Source of the DNA: Lingula anatina
Taxonomy: Eukaryota; Animalia; Brachiopoda
Length of the DNA: 64,000 bases
Direction: 5' to 3'
Assembly: GCA_051362555.1 (NCBI GenBank)
Contig: CM120645.1
Coordinates: 12,524,001-12,588,000, forward strand
Part shown: positions 34,293-47,974 of the stretch, one piece after another
How the letters are laid out: the number at the start of each line of letters is the position of its first letter
How positions within the stretch are numbered: the first letter of the stretch is position 1
Position numbers and translations under genes: made by a program
The notes under the pieces: generated by a model
Database searches by the model: none
Seen by the model: the letters and a program-made list of their open reading frames with translations, nothing else
Told to the model about the DNA's origin: nothing

Positions 34293-35811
34293 TACATTTT
34301 ACAACCATGTGGAGGGCGGACTTTGTATTATGCGCACGCTCAGTTTTGTGACAACGACAGCTTGATTAAAGACATGGATAAGATATCGTTTCTCTTTCGA
34401 TTGTTACGTCAAGTTATAACGCCGTGATGCAACGTCTATGTCGTATGTTTTTTTATCACAAACAGTAAACATCTTAGTGATTCTGTTGACTGTGCAGTGT
34501 AAACAGAAACGACAGAGCCTGAGAAATATGTAAATAGCAATTTCCAATTTCACTTATCACAACTAATTTAAGAGAGCTAAACTTTTTCTGCGTTGAAAGA
34601 CATTTCTTTTTGCTTTAACCTTGGACATAAAAGCTTTAACTGTTGTAGTAAACTATGGTGTGGATTCATTTGATGGGCTGATAGCAAACAACTGAATAAC
34701 GAAGAATACAAATACATGCTAACAACGAACATTTGACCAAAACTGTTTGCATTGTACTGTACATCTGTTATCTTACAATGTGTCGGACGTTGTTTATCGC
34801 TCAGGGAAATATCATTTTTCTTTTCTCAGGCACAATATAAACTAATCAAATAAATATATCATGGTAATATACAGTATGGGTTTATTAAGTGTTTTGCAAT
34901 GGTTTTATCCGACGTTATTGAAGGGAAAATAGAATATTAAAAAAATTAAGGGCGTCAAGTCTCAGCAGTGTGGTTAGTTTGAATTGTTTGACAGAATACT
35001 GCACCAACTTTCAATTTTTCACAAAGGATTGATTTTACAGAAGGGTCCACTTTCTTGTAACTGAAAATTGTAGTAAAGCACTCGGAGAACACCATACCAC
35101 ATTCTGTTTTTAAGTTGGCACAAAAATTGACTCCTTTGTCTTGGGTTGTTAGAGAAGTCTGATCTCTAGGGCAACTAAACAGACTATCACTTGTGAGTTA
35201 TTGAATCTCATGGTCAAGTAAAATGAATTTGCTATGTCCTGCGAAACCTATTTTGAAATAAATTTAAGAGACATTAAAAGGTACATACGAACCGAGCATC
35301 GGTGGAGCGTGGATTCCCAATAACACATGTAAACCACTTCTACTAGTTTTTATACGACTCAAATAAATTCGACATGCCAAGGGATAAACTGAATAGATCA
35401 CTCGAACAGCCATAAAAGAGCTTTAGACTGCTCCTTTCTTTAAATAATTGGTTGGAAATTTAACCTACTTTCGTGACCTACTTTTCTGCCCCATTGACAC
35501 ACAGCATAGAATGCTAGCAGAAAAATTCGTTCAAACGTCATTTTCGGGTAAAATTAAACAATGCCTTTTGGTAATTCTCTTAGTTATACTACTTGAAACT
35601 ATATGCTGGCATTTGGTCGCTTTTTGTGACAAAAAATTGACTTTGTATGCATCTTTAAAGAAGACTGTAAATTCGCCTTAAATACACCTTATCTGTAACT
35701 TGATTGCTCACATGATACAAGGAACTGTTAATTGTTCACGTGCGTGACTGTGTAAAATTTATGTTCATCATTTATTTCACAATTCTGAAGCAAAGATGCT
35801 TGATTATGAGC

Positions 35812-35883
35812 GGCTCGTTGGTCTAGGGGTATGATTCTCGCTTTGGGTGCGAGAGGTCCCGGGTTCAAATCCCGGACGAGCCC
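35812..35883 (+). tRNA. tRNA-Pro(TGG)
   Basis: Canonical 72-nt copy followed by TTTT. Confidence 0.97.
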
Positions 35884-35945
35884 TACATTTTACAACAATG
35901 TGGAGGGCGGACTTTTTATTACGCGCACACTCAGTTTCGTTACAC

Positions 35946-36143
35946 CAAGGAGTTTTAACAATTTCTGTTTGTGTCCTCTCGAAACGATAGACGAAGGCAC
36001 CTATTCTGACAAACGAGATTTAACGAGAGCGTAACAGAGATAGGCACCCATTGTTCTCTGGGTTCTATTCATTCCGACCAATGAGAGACCGTAAAACGGG
36101 CTCCGCCCCCACGCGTGTAATCTCCTTCTGTTATAACTCCTTG
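35946..36143. mobile_element. ~200-bp MITE with P-element-like termini
   Basis: TIR caaggagttttaaca / tgttataactccttg flanked by a GTTACAC direct repeat; absent from the other array units. Confidence 0.75.
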
Positions 36144-36767
36144 GTTACACCGTGATGCAATGTCTACCGGTATGAGGTATGTTGTTTCGTCACAAACAGT
36201 AATAAACATCATAGTGATGAAGTTGACTACAGTGTAAACAGAAACGACAGAGGAAAAATATGTAAATAGTAATTTCCAACTTCACTTATCACAACTAATT
36301 GAAGACAGCCAAGGTTTAAAGGTTTGCGTTTAAAGGTAAGACATTTCTTTTTGCTCTAACTGTTGTAGTAAACTATGGTGTGGATATATTCCATGGGCTG
36401 GTCGCATACAACTGAATAACGAAGAATACAAATATCATTCCAAACATGCTAACAATGGACATTTGGCCAAAACTACACATACAGGTATTTGCATTGTGCA
36501 TCTGCTATCTTATAATATGTTAGATGTTGTTTATGGCCCAGGGAAATATCATTTCCTTTTCTCAGGCAAAATAAGAATTGTTAAAATGAATACACCATGT
36601 TAATATACAGTTTGGGTTCATTAATTGTTCACGTGCATGACTGTCCCCATGTCTGTATAAAATTAACTTTCATCACTTATTCTACAATTATGAAGCAAAG
36701 TTGACTGGATATAAGCGGCTCATTGGTCTAGGGGTATGGTTCTCGCCTTTGGTGCGAGAGATCCCGG

Positions 36768-38250
36768 TGTCACGTGTACGGTCCGTTCTGCGTAAACCAT
36801 CCGTCCTGATCGATTGTACACGCAGCAGACACGTGTATGAGCCGTTACGTGAATGATCTGTTGTTATACACCTGAAGGCCTACTCCCAGCAGGCAAAGTC
36901 GCGTTGGATCAACGTTGAAAACAGGTTGATACGTTGAATTGCCGTTGGTCTACCTAAATTCCACGTAAAATCAACATTGATCCAGCCACGTCAAAACACC
37001 GTCATAATGTGACGTTGACTCAACGTTGTATTTTGGTCATTAACACAACCTTGCAGTTATGGATTGTAATTTAAAATATTAATTATTGAAAACGTGATAC
37101 TTTGTTCATCAATACTGTAACTAAATTTATCAAAATAATAACAAAAGGGTTTTAAAGTAAAAGTGACAGTTGTTTTGTGTCTTTAGTGAACTAGTGAATT
37201 TTCTTATCTTGTTATTCAACAAACTGAATTCCTTGCAAGGTAAGCTAACACTAGGATGAATAAGTTGCTGTAAATGTGATGGAGTGATGGTAATAAAGTT
37301 GACAGTTCATGGTAATATATATAAGAAAACAACTATATATATTAATCTAAGCCTTGGAAAATTTAACTTAAAGGCCATACATTTATACCCTACATATATT
37401 TAGCCATCAAACATGTCCTACTGCTAAACACATCCAGGCTAAAAGGGTGTACCATGCTTAGGTGCAAAACATGCTTAGGAGCTAAATGCGTTGAAAAAAT
37501 CAGACAAAGCAGGCACTTGGATGTTTTTACAGTGTACGTTATAATTGTGTACCTGTGTTTTGTACCAAAAATAAAACATTTCGGGTCATTTTAATGTCTT
37601 TTTATGCAAGAATGTTGTCCAACAACTGGGGTTGATACATATTATCTGACGTTGATCTAATTTTCAAATCCAATGTTAATCCAAACAACATAATTTCCCG
37701 CTGGGTGGGGTTGATATAACATTGTTTTCTGACGTTGATACAACGTTGTTATCTGAGGTTGACACAACTTTCAAATCCAACGTTTATCCAATGTCTTCTC
37801 AACGTTATGGACAACGTTGCTTCAACGTTTAAACAACATAATTGGCCCGCTGGGCTGTTATATTCGGCTTGTTCATTTCCTACATTGTTATACATTTACT
37901 TTGATGGGGATATTTCTAGGTAAAATTCATGTGTTAATTGATAATTTTGATAGAGAATCAGCGTCAAATTACAGTTCGACGTATGGATGAACCTACCGTA
38001 GACAGGCTGTGTTGATATGGCCACCTGAGGGAGATCGCAGTGGAGGTGGACATCTATAAGATATGAATACTTCTAAAGATTATGTTTGAATTTGCAGTAT
38101 GTTCTCAACAGTGCATGTTTATTAAAGGCTAAGAATGTATTCATGACTTGATAGAGACGGACTGTACACGCCGGAAGTCTCTCAGATTTGCCTGTGCTTT
38201 GTGCGCATGAGCAGAACGGATGGTTTACACTCCGAGCGGTACACGCCACA
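36768..38250. mobile_element. Non-autonomous Ginger-like element (TGT...ACA, imperfect ~45-bp TIR, CCGG/CCGA 4-bp TSD)
   Basis: tgtcacgtgtacgg...gtaaaccatccgtcctg versus cagaacggatggtttacac...tacacgccaca; inserted at CCGG in the tRNA T-stem. Confidence 0.65.
36885..37854. mobile_element. Non-autonomous CMC/EnSpm-like element nested in the Ginger-like element
   Basis: Termini CCCAGCAGGC / GCCCGCTGGG, 2-bp CT flanks and many subterminal CAACGTTG-type repeats. Confidence 0.7.
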
Positions 38251-38278
38251 CCGAGTTTAAATCCCGGACTAGCCTTAT

Positions 38279-38582
38279 TGTGACGATGCATTGTGTTAGT
38301 TGAGATTGTTTAATATTGCTACCTGGTAGATGTCTCTATTAGTAAAGTATAGTCTGGTGTGCAAGTTTGAATCTCTCCTGTGATTGGTAACTTAAATGTA
38401 AAACTGTTCATTGTATAAATGGTTCTGACTGGTATACGTGCACTAGCTGAACATGTGTATAAGGTCTGACTTGAATTAAATCGGCCTCTTTGGTCTTCTT
38501 TGACTCTTGAATTATTGACTTACACCAGTGAGTATTGTGTTCTTTGTACCTTCGTAAAGCACTCGGCCACGAAGGAGTAACA
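38279..38582. mobile_element. Probable solo LTR (304 bp) at the 3' end of the disrupted tRNA
   Basis: TGTGAC...GTAACA termini, TTAT/CTAT flanks, internal TATAAA and ATTAAA; the array consensus resumes directly after it. Confidence 0.65.
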
Positions 38583-39582
38583 CTATATTTCATAACTAAA
38601 TAGAGGGCAGACATTCTGTTCCACGGACTCTCAGTTTAGTTACACCGGCAGCTTGAATAAACACATGGATAAGATATCATTGTTTTCTGTGGATTGTTAG
38701 GTCATGTTATAACGTCGTGATGCAACGTCTATGTCGTATGTTGTTTCGTCATAAACAGTAAACATCATAGAGATGATGTTGACAACACTGTAAACAGAAA
38801 CGACAGAGAAATATGTAAATAGCATTTTCCAATTTTATTCATCACAATTAGTTAGGGAGAGCTAAACCTTTCTGCGTTAAAAGGTAAGACGTTTCTTTTA
38901 TGCTTCAGTTGTATTAGACTATGGTGTGGATTTATTTCATGGGCCGATCGCAAAAAACTGAATAAAGAAGAATATAAGTATTATTCCAAACATGCTAACA
39001 ACGGACATTTGACCAAAACTATGTGCATTGTACATCTGTTATCTTACAATTTGTTGGACGTTGTTTATAGTTCAGGGAAATATCATTTCCTTTTCTCATG
39101 CAAAATAAGAACTATTCAAATGAATGCATCATGGTAATATACAGTTTGGGTTTATTAAGTATTTCCAAATGGTTTTATTTGACGCTATTGAGGGAAAAAT
39201 GATTTTGTTTTTTAAATTTAGGGCGTAAGGTCTCAGCAGTGTGCTTAGCTTGAATTTGTTTAGTTGGTGCACCGACTTTCAATTCCTCAAAAATGGTTGA
39301 TTTTAGTGATGGGTCCACCTTAAATAGACTATCACAGTTACTAAATCTCCTAGTCAAGTCAAATGAATTTGCTAGGTCCTGCTAAAACTGGTTGGTAATA
39401 AATTTAAAAGACGTTTAAACTAGACTGTAAATTCGGCTTAAATGCGCCTTGTCTGTATCTTGATTGTTCATATGTGACAGGGAACTGTTAATTATTCACG
39501 TGCGTGACTGTCCCCGTGCATGTATTAAATTAATGATCGTCATTATTTTAGAAATCTGAAGCAAGGTCCATTGGACATGAGC

Positions 39583-39654
39583 GGCTCGTTGGTCTAGGGG
39601 TATGATTCTCGCTTTGGGTGCGAGAGGTCCCGGGTTCAAATCCCGGACGAGCCC
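39583..39654 (+). tRNA. tRNA-Pro(TGG)
   Basis: Canonical copy. Confidence 0.97.
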
Positions 39655-40568
39655 TATATTTTATAACTAATAGAGGTGCGACATTGTGTTCCACGGACAC
39701 TCAGTTTCGTTACACCGGCAGCTTGAATAAACACATGGATAAGATATCATTGTTGTCTGTGGATTGTTACGTCAAATTATAACGTCGTGATTCAACGTCT
39801 ATGTTGTATGATGTTTCGTCATAAACAGTAAACACCATAGTGATGATGTTGACTACTCTGTAAACAGAAACGACAGCCCAAAATTTTGTTGGACGTTGTT
39901 TATCGTTCAGGGAAATATCATTTCCTTTTCTCATACAAAATAAGAACTATTCAAATGAATGCATCATGGTAATATACAGTGTGGGTTTATTAAGTATTTC
40001 CAAATGGTTTTATTTGACGCTATTGAGGGGAAAATGAATTTTTTTTTTTTTTTTTTTTAAAAATTTAGGGCGAAAAATCTCAGCAGTGTGCTTAGCTTGA
40101 ATTTGTTTAGTTGGTGCACCGACTTTCAATTCCTCAAAAATGGTTGATTTTAGTGATGGGTCCACCTTAAATATTCGATTGTTTTTCGCAAATGTAATAT
40201 GTAATAGAGCAGTCGGAAAACACCATACCATATGCCGATTTCAGGTTGGCACAAAAATGGCCCCTTTGTCCCGGTTTGTTAAAGGTGTCTGATCGCCAGA
40301 GCAAGCTAAACAGACTATCACAGTTACTAAATCTCCTAGTCAAGTCAAATGAATTTGCTAGGTCCTGCTAAAACTAGTTAGTAATAATTTTAAAAGACAT
40401 TTAAACTAGACTGTAAATTCGCCTTAAATGCACCTTGTCTGTATCTTGATTGTTAATATGTGACAAGGAACTATTAATTATTCACTTGCGTGACTGTCCC
40501 CGTGCCTATATTAAATTAATGATCGTCATTATTTTACAATTCTGAAGCAAGATTCATTGGATATGAGC

Positions 40569-40640
40569 GGCTCGTTGGTCTAGGGGTATGATTCTCGCTT
40601 TGGGTGCGAGAGGTCCCGGGTTCAAATCCCGGACGAGCCC
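40569..40640 (+). tRNA. tRNA-Pro(TGG)
   Basis: Canonical copy. Confidence 0.97.
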
Positions 40641-41558
40641 TATATTTTATAACTAAATAGAGGTGCGACATTGTGTTCCACGGACACTCAGTTTCGTTAC
40701 ACCGGCAGCTTGAATAAACACATGGATAAGATATCATTGTTGTCTGTGGATTGTTACGTCAAATTATAACGTCGTGATTCAACGTCTATGTTGTATGATG
40801 TTTCGTCATAAACAGTAAACACCATAGTGATGATGTTGACTACTCTGTAAACAGAAACGACAGCCCAAAATTTTGTTGGACGTTGTTTATCGTTCAGGGA
40901 AATATCATTTCCTTTTCTCATGCAAAATAAGAACTATTCAAATGAATGCATCATGGTAATATACAGTGTGGGTTTATTAAGTATTTCCAAATGGTTTTAT
41001 TTGACGCTATTGAGGGGAAAATGAATTTTTTTTTTTTTTTTTAATTTAGGGCGAAAAATCTCAGCAGTGTGCTTAGCTTGAATTTGTTTAGTTGGTGCAC
41101 CGACTTTCAATTCCTCAAAAATGGTTGATTTTAGTGATGGGTCCACCTTAAATATTCGATTGTTTTTCGCAAATGTAATATGTAATAGAGCAGTCGGAAA
41201 ACACCATACCATATGCCGATTTCAGGTTGGCACAAAAATGGCCCCTTTGTCCTGGTTTGTTAAAGGTGTCTGATCGCCAGGGCAAGCTAAACAGACTATC
41301 ACATTATAGTAACTTAATCTCATAGTCGAGTAAAATGAATTTGCTAGGTCCTGCTAAAACTAGTTAGTAATAATTTTAAAAGACATTTAAACTAGACTGT
41401 AAATTCGCCTTAAATGCACCTTGTCTGTATCTTGATTGTTAATATGTGACAAGGAACTATTAATTATTCACTTGCGTGACTGTCCCCGTGCCTATATTAA
41501 ATTAATGATCGTCATTATTTTACAATTCTGAAGCAAGATTCATTGGATATATATGATC

Positions 41559-41630
41559 GGCTCGTTGGTCTAGGGGTATGATTCTCGCTTTGGGTGCGAG
41601 AGGTCCCGGGTTCAAATCCCGGACGAGCCC
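41559..41630 (+). tRNA. tRNA-Pro(TGG)
   Basis: Canonical copy. Confidence 0.97.
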
Positions 41631-41751
41631 TATATTTTGTAACTAAATAGAGGTGCGACATTGTGTTCGTTACACCGGCAGCTTGAATAAACACGTGGAT
41701 AAGATATCATTGTTGTCTGTGAATTGTTACGTCAAGTTAAAAATGAAATGT

Positions 41752-41783
<32 letters not shown>

Positions 41784-42300
41784 TTTTTAATTTAGGGCGT
41801 AAGGTCTCAGCAGTGTGGTTAGCTTGAATTGGTTTAATTGGTGCACCGACTTATAATTCCTCACAAATGATTGATTTTAGTGAAGGGTCCACCTCAAATA
41901 TTCGATTGTTTTTCGCAAATGTAATATGTAATAGAGCAGTCGGAAAACACCATACCACATGCCGATTTCAGGTTGGCACAAAAATGGCCCCTTTGTCCTG
42001 GTTTGTTAAAGGTGTCTGATCACCAGGGCAAGCTAAACAGACTATCACATTATAGTAACTTAATCTCATAGTCGAGTAAAATGAATTTGCTAGGTCCAGC
42101 TTAAACTAGTTAGTAATAATTTTAAAAGACATTTAAACTAGACTGTAAATTCGCCTTAAATGCACCTTGTCTGTATCTTGATTGTTAATATGTGACAGGG
42201 AACTGTTAATTATTCACGTGCGTGACTGTCCCCGTGCATGTATTAAATTAATGATCGTCATTATTTTAGAAATCTGAAGCAAGGTCCATTGGATATGTGC

Positions 42301-42372
42301 GGCTCGTTGGTCTAGGGGTATGATTTTCGCTTTGGGTGCGAGAGGTCCCGGGTTCAAATCCCGGACGAGCCC
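42301..42372 (+). tRNA. tRNA-Pro(TGG), anticodon-stem C>T variant
   Basis: GATTTTCGC instead of GATTCTCGC, giving a U-G pair. Confidence 0.9.
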
Positions 42373-43266
42373 TATATTTTATAACTAAATAGAGGTGCGA
42401 CATTGTGTTCCACGGACACTCAGTTTCGTTACACCGGCAGCTTGAATAAACACATGGATAAGATATCATTGTTGTCTGTGGATTGTTACGTCAAATTATA
42501 ACGTCGTGATTCAACGTCTATGTTGTATGATGTTTCGTCATAAACAGTAAACACCATAGTGATGATGTTGACTACTCTGTAAACAGAAACGACAGCCCAA
42601 AATTTTGTTGGACGTTGTTTATCGTTCAGGGAAATATCATTTCCTTTTCTCATACAAAATAAGAACTATTCAAATGAATGCATCATGGTAATATACAGTG
42701 TGGGTTTATTAAGTATTTCCAAATGGTTTTATTTGACGCTATTGAGGGGAAAATGAATTTTTTTTTTTTAATTTAGGGCGAAAGATCTCAGCAGTGTGCT
42801 TAGCTTGAATTTGTTTAGTTGGTGCACCGACTTTCAATTCCTCAAAAATGGTTGATTTTAGTGATGGGTCCACCTTTAATATTCGATTGTTTTTCGCAAA
42901 TGTAATATGTAATAGAGCAGTCGGAAAACACCATACCATATGCCGATTTCAGGTTGGCACAAAAATGGCCCCTTTGTCCCGGTTTGTTAAAGGTGTCTGA
43001 TCGCCAGAGCAAGCTAAACAGACTATCACAGTTACTAAATCTCCTAGTCAAGTCAAATGAATTTGCTAGGTCCTGCTAAAACTAGTTGGTAATAAATTTA
43101 AAAGACGTTTAAACTAGACTGTAAATTCGGCTTAAATGCGCCTTGTCTGTATCTTGATTGTTAAGGAACTATTAATTATTCACTTGCGTGACTGTCCCCG
43201 TGCCTATATTAAATTAATGATCGTCATTATTTTAGAAATCTGAAGCAAGGTCCATTGGACATGATC

Positions 43267-43338
43267 GGCTCGTTGGTCTAGGGGTATGATTCTCGCTTTG
43301 GGTGCGAGAGGTCCCGGGTTCAAATCCCGGACGAGCCC
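43267..43338 (+). tRNA. tRNA-Pro(TGG)
   Basis: Canonical copy. Confidence 0.97.
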
Positions 43339-44076
43339 TATATTTTGTAACTAAATAGAGGTGCGACATTGTGTTCGTTACACCGGCAGCTTGAATAAAC
43401 ACGTGGATAAGATATCATTGTTGTCTGTGGATTGTTACGTCAAGTTATAACGTCATGATGCAACGTCTATGTTGTATGATGTTTCGTCATAAACAGTAAA
43501 CACCATAGTGATGCTATTGAGGGAAAAATGAAATGTTTTTTGTTTTGTTTTGTTTTGTTTTTTTAATTTAGGGCGTAAGGTCTCAGCAGTGTGGTTAGCT
43601 TGAATTGGTTTAATTGGTGCACCGACTTATAATTCCTCACAAATGATTGATTTTAGTCAAGGGTCCACCTCAAATATTCGATTGTTTTTCGCAAATGTAA
43701 TATGTAATAGAGCAGTCGGAAAACACCATACCACATGCCGATTTCAGGTTGGCACAAAAATGGCCCCTTTGTCCTGGTTTGTTAAAGGTGTCTGATCACC
43801 AGGGCAAGCTAAACAGACTATCGCATTATAGTAACTTAATCTCATAGTCGAGTAAAATGAATTTGCTAGGTCCAGCTTAAACTAGTTAGTAATAATTTTA
43901 AAAGACATTTAAACTAGACTGTAAATTCGCCTTAAATGCACCTTGTCTGTATCTTGATTGTTAATATGTGACAAGGAACTATTAATTATTCACTTGCGTG
44001 ACTGTCCCCGTGCCTATATTAAATTAATGATCGTCATTATTTTACAATTCTGAAGCAAGATTCATTGGATATGAGC

Positions 44077-44148
44077 GGCTCGTTGGTCTAGGGGTATGAT
44101 TCTCGCTTTGGGTGCGAGAGGTCCCGGGTTCAAATCCCGGACGAGCCC
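44077..44148 (+). tRNA. tRNA-Pro(TGG)
   Basis: Canonical copy. Confidence 0.97.
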
Positions 44149-45047
44149 TATATTTTATAACTAAATAGAGGTGCGACATTGTGTTCCACGGACACTCAGT
44201 TTCGTTACACCGGCAGCTTGAATAAACACATGGATAAGATATCATTGTTGTCTGTGGATTGTTACGTCAAATTATAACGTCGTGATGCAACGTCTATGTT
44301 GTATGATGTTTCGTCATAAACAGTAAACACCATAGTGATGATGTTGACTACTCTGTAAACAGAAACGACAGCCCAAAATTTTGTTGGACGTTGTTTATCG
44401 TTCAGGTAAATATCATTTCCTTTTCTCATGCAAAATAAGAACTATTCAAATGAATGCATCATGGTAATATACAGTGTGGGTTTATTAAGTATTTCCAAAT
44501 GGTTTTATTTGACGCTATTGAGGGAAAAATGATTTTTTTAAACTTAGGGCGTAAGATCTCAGCAGTGTGCTTAGCTTGAATTTGTTTAGTTGGTGCACCG
44601 ACTTTCAATTCCTCAAAAATGGTTGATTTTAGTGATGGGTCCACCTTAAATATTCGATTGTTTTTCGCAAATGTAATATGTAATAGAGCAGTCGGAAAAC
44701 ACCATACCACATGCCGATTTCAGGTTGGCACAAAAATGGCCCCTTTGTCCCGGTTTGTTAAAGGTGTCTGATCGCCAGAGCAAGCTAAACAGACTATCAC
44801 AGTTACTAAATCTCCTAGTCAAGTCAAATGAATTTGCTAGGTCCTGCTAAAACTAGTTGGTAATAAATTTAAAAGACATTTAAACTAGACTGTAAATTCG
44901 GCTTAAATGCGCCTTGTCTGTATCTTGATTGTTCATATGTGACAGGGAACTGTTAATTATTCACGTTCGTGACTGTCACCGTGCCTGTATTAAATTAATG
45001 ATCGTCATTATTTTAGAAATCTGAAGCAAGGTCCATTGGACATGAGC

Positions 45048-45119
45048 GCCTCGTTGGTCTAGGGGTATGATTCTCGCTTTGGGTGCGAGAGGTCCCGGGT
45101 TCAAATCCCGGACGAGCCC
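45048..45119 (+). tRNA. tRNA-Pro(TGG), G2>C acceptor-stem mismatch variant
   Basis: Begins GCCTCG instead of GGCTCG. Confidence 0.82.
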
Positions 45120-45856
45120 TATATTTTGTAACTAATTAGAGGTGCGACATTGTGTTCGTTACACCGGCAGCTTGAATAAACACGTGGATAAGATATCATT
45201 GTTGTCTGTGGATTGTTACATCAAGTTATAACGTCATGATGCAACGTCTATGTTGTATGATGTTTCGTCATAAACAGTAAACACCATAGTGATGCTATTG
45301 AGGGAAAAACGAAATGCTTTTTGTTTTTTTTTTTGTTTTGTTTTTTTTAATTTAGGGCGTAAGGTCTCAGCAGTGTGGTTAGCTTGAGTTGGTTTAATTG
45401 GTGCACCGACTTATAATTCCTCACAAATGATTGATTTTAGTGAAGGGTCCACCTCAAATATTCGATTGTTTTTCGCAAATGTAATATGTAATACAGCAGT
45501 CGGAAAACACCATACCATATGCCGATTTCAGGTTGGCACAAAAATGGCCCCTTTTGTCCCGGTTTGTTAAAGGTGTCTGATCGCCAGGGCAAGCTAAACA
45601 GACTATCACAGTTACTAAATCTCCTAGTCAAGTCAAATGAATTTGCTAGGTCCTGCTAAAACTAGTTAGTAATAAATTTAAAAGACATTTAAACTAGACT
45701 GTAAATTCGGCTTAAATGCGCCTTGTCTGTATCTTGATTGTTCACATGTGACAGGGAACTGTTAATTATTCACGTGCGTGACTGTCCCCGTGCATGTATT
45801 AAATTAATGATCGTCATTATTTTAGAAATCTGAAGCAAGGTCCATTGGATATGTGC

Positions 45857-45928
45857 GGCTCGTTGGTCTAGGGGTATGATTTTCGCTTTGGGTGCGAGAG
45901 GTTCCGGGTTCAAATCCCGGACGAGCCC
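45857..45928 (+). tRNA. tRNA-Pro(TGG) variant with two C>T changes
   Basis: GATTTTCGC and GAGGTTCCGGG. Confidence 0.85.
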
Positions 45929-47139
45929 TATATTTTGTAACTAAATAGAGGTGCGACATTGTGTTCGTTACACCGGCAGCTTGAATAAACACATGGATAA
46001 GATATCATTGTTGTCTGTGGATTGTTACGTCAAGTTATAACGTCGTGATGCAACGTCTATGTTGTATGATGTTTCGTCATAAACAGTAAACACCATAGTG
46101 ATGATGCTGAGTACTCTGTAAACAGAAACGACAGCCCAAAATTTTGTTGGACGTTGTTTATCGTTCAGGTAAATATCATTTCCTTTTCTCATGCAAAATA
46201 AGAACTATTCAAATGAAAGCATCATGGTAATATACAGTTTGGGTTTATTAAGTATTTCCAAATGGTTTTATTTGACGCTATTGAGGGAAAAATGAAATTT
46301 TTTTCTTTAAATTTAGGGCGTAAGGTCTCAGCATTGCTTATAGATTTGTAAGAAAGAAGAATCTAGCATTATGTCAAATTTATTACCAATTAGACACCAG
46401 ACAAGGTTATAGGTGGGATATTACCCATTTTAATGCCTGTTCCTTGGGTTTGTACTCGACAGTATTATTAATTTGTAGTTATTAGTGCTTAATTTCCATC
46501 GCAAAAAAAAAATAATAAAATATACGGCGTGAGTTGATAGAAGGCACACTTACTGATGATAATTCATGATCCCTGATTATGTAATGTTACACATACTGTA
46601 TTTGGGCCTGCGTTTGATTTATTTGGCCAAAACGAAAAGTAGATGTTGCAAAAATGTTGCTGACCCCAGAGTTTACATTTTCTTTGTATCCTGGAACAAC
46701 AAAAGAGGTTGGCTAGCGTAGTCTAATATGTATAATTTCTTGCAAAATCCATTTAACAATTTTAACTTTCGGATCTTCATTGAAATCATCGTCATACGTT
46801 ATATGTCATAGTTTGTATAATGCATGACCAAGCTAGTGCTTGACCAGTTAAGCAAAAAATGAACGTGAGAAAGATAATTTCATTGGCACAAATTTATCTT
46901 TTTTTATTATGACCGAGTTGGACAAGTTTAAAATAAATCATTTTTATCACGATAGATAACAATCAACAGTTAAGTTATTTATTTCGACAGATATAAATCA
47001 ATAGAAAATTTAACGAGATACATAGCCTTCCTCAGGCGAGCAGCAGCACGTGAAGATTAGGAAGCATTCGACATATTTCAGTTAAACAGAACTGCCTTCT
47101 CACCTGTATAAAAACCGTCTTTAGGGGAGTGGAGACGGG

Positions 47140-47310
47140 ATCGATCCATTTTGATTGGGCCGATGGTAACTGGTAGATATTCTTTGTACACAATACAGTA
47201 TATTGCCATTGAGCGATGTTTATCCTTCTTGCCTCTTGATATACAGTTTCTCCGCCCTGGTGAGTGTTAAGTCTGTGGAGTTCCTCCTCTGGACGTGAAC
47301 AGCGCATGGA
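47140..47310 (-). pseudogene. Animal heme-peroxidase exon relic
   Basis: EELHRLNTHQGGETVYQEARRINIAQWQY, then a frameshift to IVYKEYLPVTIGP. This matches the peroxidasin/chorion-peroxidase pattern LNPHWxxExxYQEARxIxxAxxQxIxYxEYLP. No other exons seen. Confidence 0.75.
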
Positions 47311-47974
47311 AAGCAGTCAACCCAATGTGTCAATTAAGTCGTTTATGATCTGTGCAAGAAAAGATAAAAACTATTTGAAGTTTAAGTTATTTAGAGGTAA
47401 ACAATGAATAGGTTGTAGATAAAAGGTAAAAAAAAACGTAGATTTTGTTTTAAAATCGTTTTGACGCAAATTGTATGAAGTCGAACACCTTTAAGTTTAT
47501 CGACTTAAATCAAATACATATAAACACGAGTGATGTATAATTTTAAAGTAAATTCAATTCACTAAGTGTACGTATTACCCGCCATAAAATATTTGATGAC
47601 GTCATCCGCATCTCGGCAAGCCTTGAATGTGTCCTTTAGCAGCAATGGCTTCATTCCGCGAGCAAGTGAACGCTCTTTCATTTTTCCTCTCGCTCTAAGC
47701 AAATAATATGTAATTTCTTTTACTGATTGATATCAAAATCCAGCTACAATTACGGGTGAGTTTTTTTGCATGCTATAACAAACAATACGTTAAAATACAC
47801 TAAAAATGCACTAAAACTGAAACATTCTTAAACAAAGTATTTTTCAATCATGTGCATCAAATTCATAGTTGTCTCTGGGAACAGCGGAATTGCGGACAAA
47901 CTTGATGCATGGCTTATTGTCCACAATATCTGAGTCATTACTGTGGACGAACGAGGGGGAGCATGAATCCAGTT

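Larger units (their letters stand above)
36717..38275 (+). pseudogene. tRNA-Pro pseudogene split by a transposon
   Basis: Mutated 5' part at 36717-36767 and 3' part gtttaaatcccggactagcct at 38255-38275. Confidence 0.85.
33250..46335 (+). repeat. Tandem tRNA-Pro array; ~0.74-1.0 kb units, highly homogeneous from ~38600 onward and more diverged to the left
   Basis: Shared spacer blocks such as ttcacgtgcgtgactgtcc, gtaaacagaaacgacag and aaactagactgtaaattcg recur with each tRNA. Confidence 0.95.

Noticed and set aside
39175-45631. Recurrent short ORFs (MVWCFPTALL..., MISYPCVYSS..., MTRRFSNCDS...)
   Set aside because: By-products of the tandem repeat; their ends vary with homopolymer length and some are antisense to tRNA genes.
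33250-46335. Array as CRISPR-like locus or SINE cluster
   Set aside because: The repeats are complete eukaryotic tRNA genes with homologous, not unique, spacers; no cas genes, SINE tails or per-unit TSDs.
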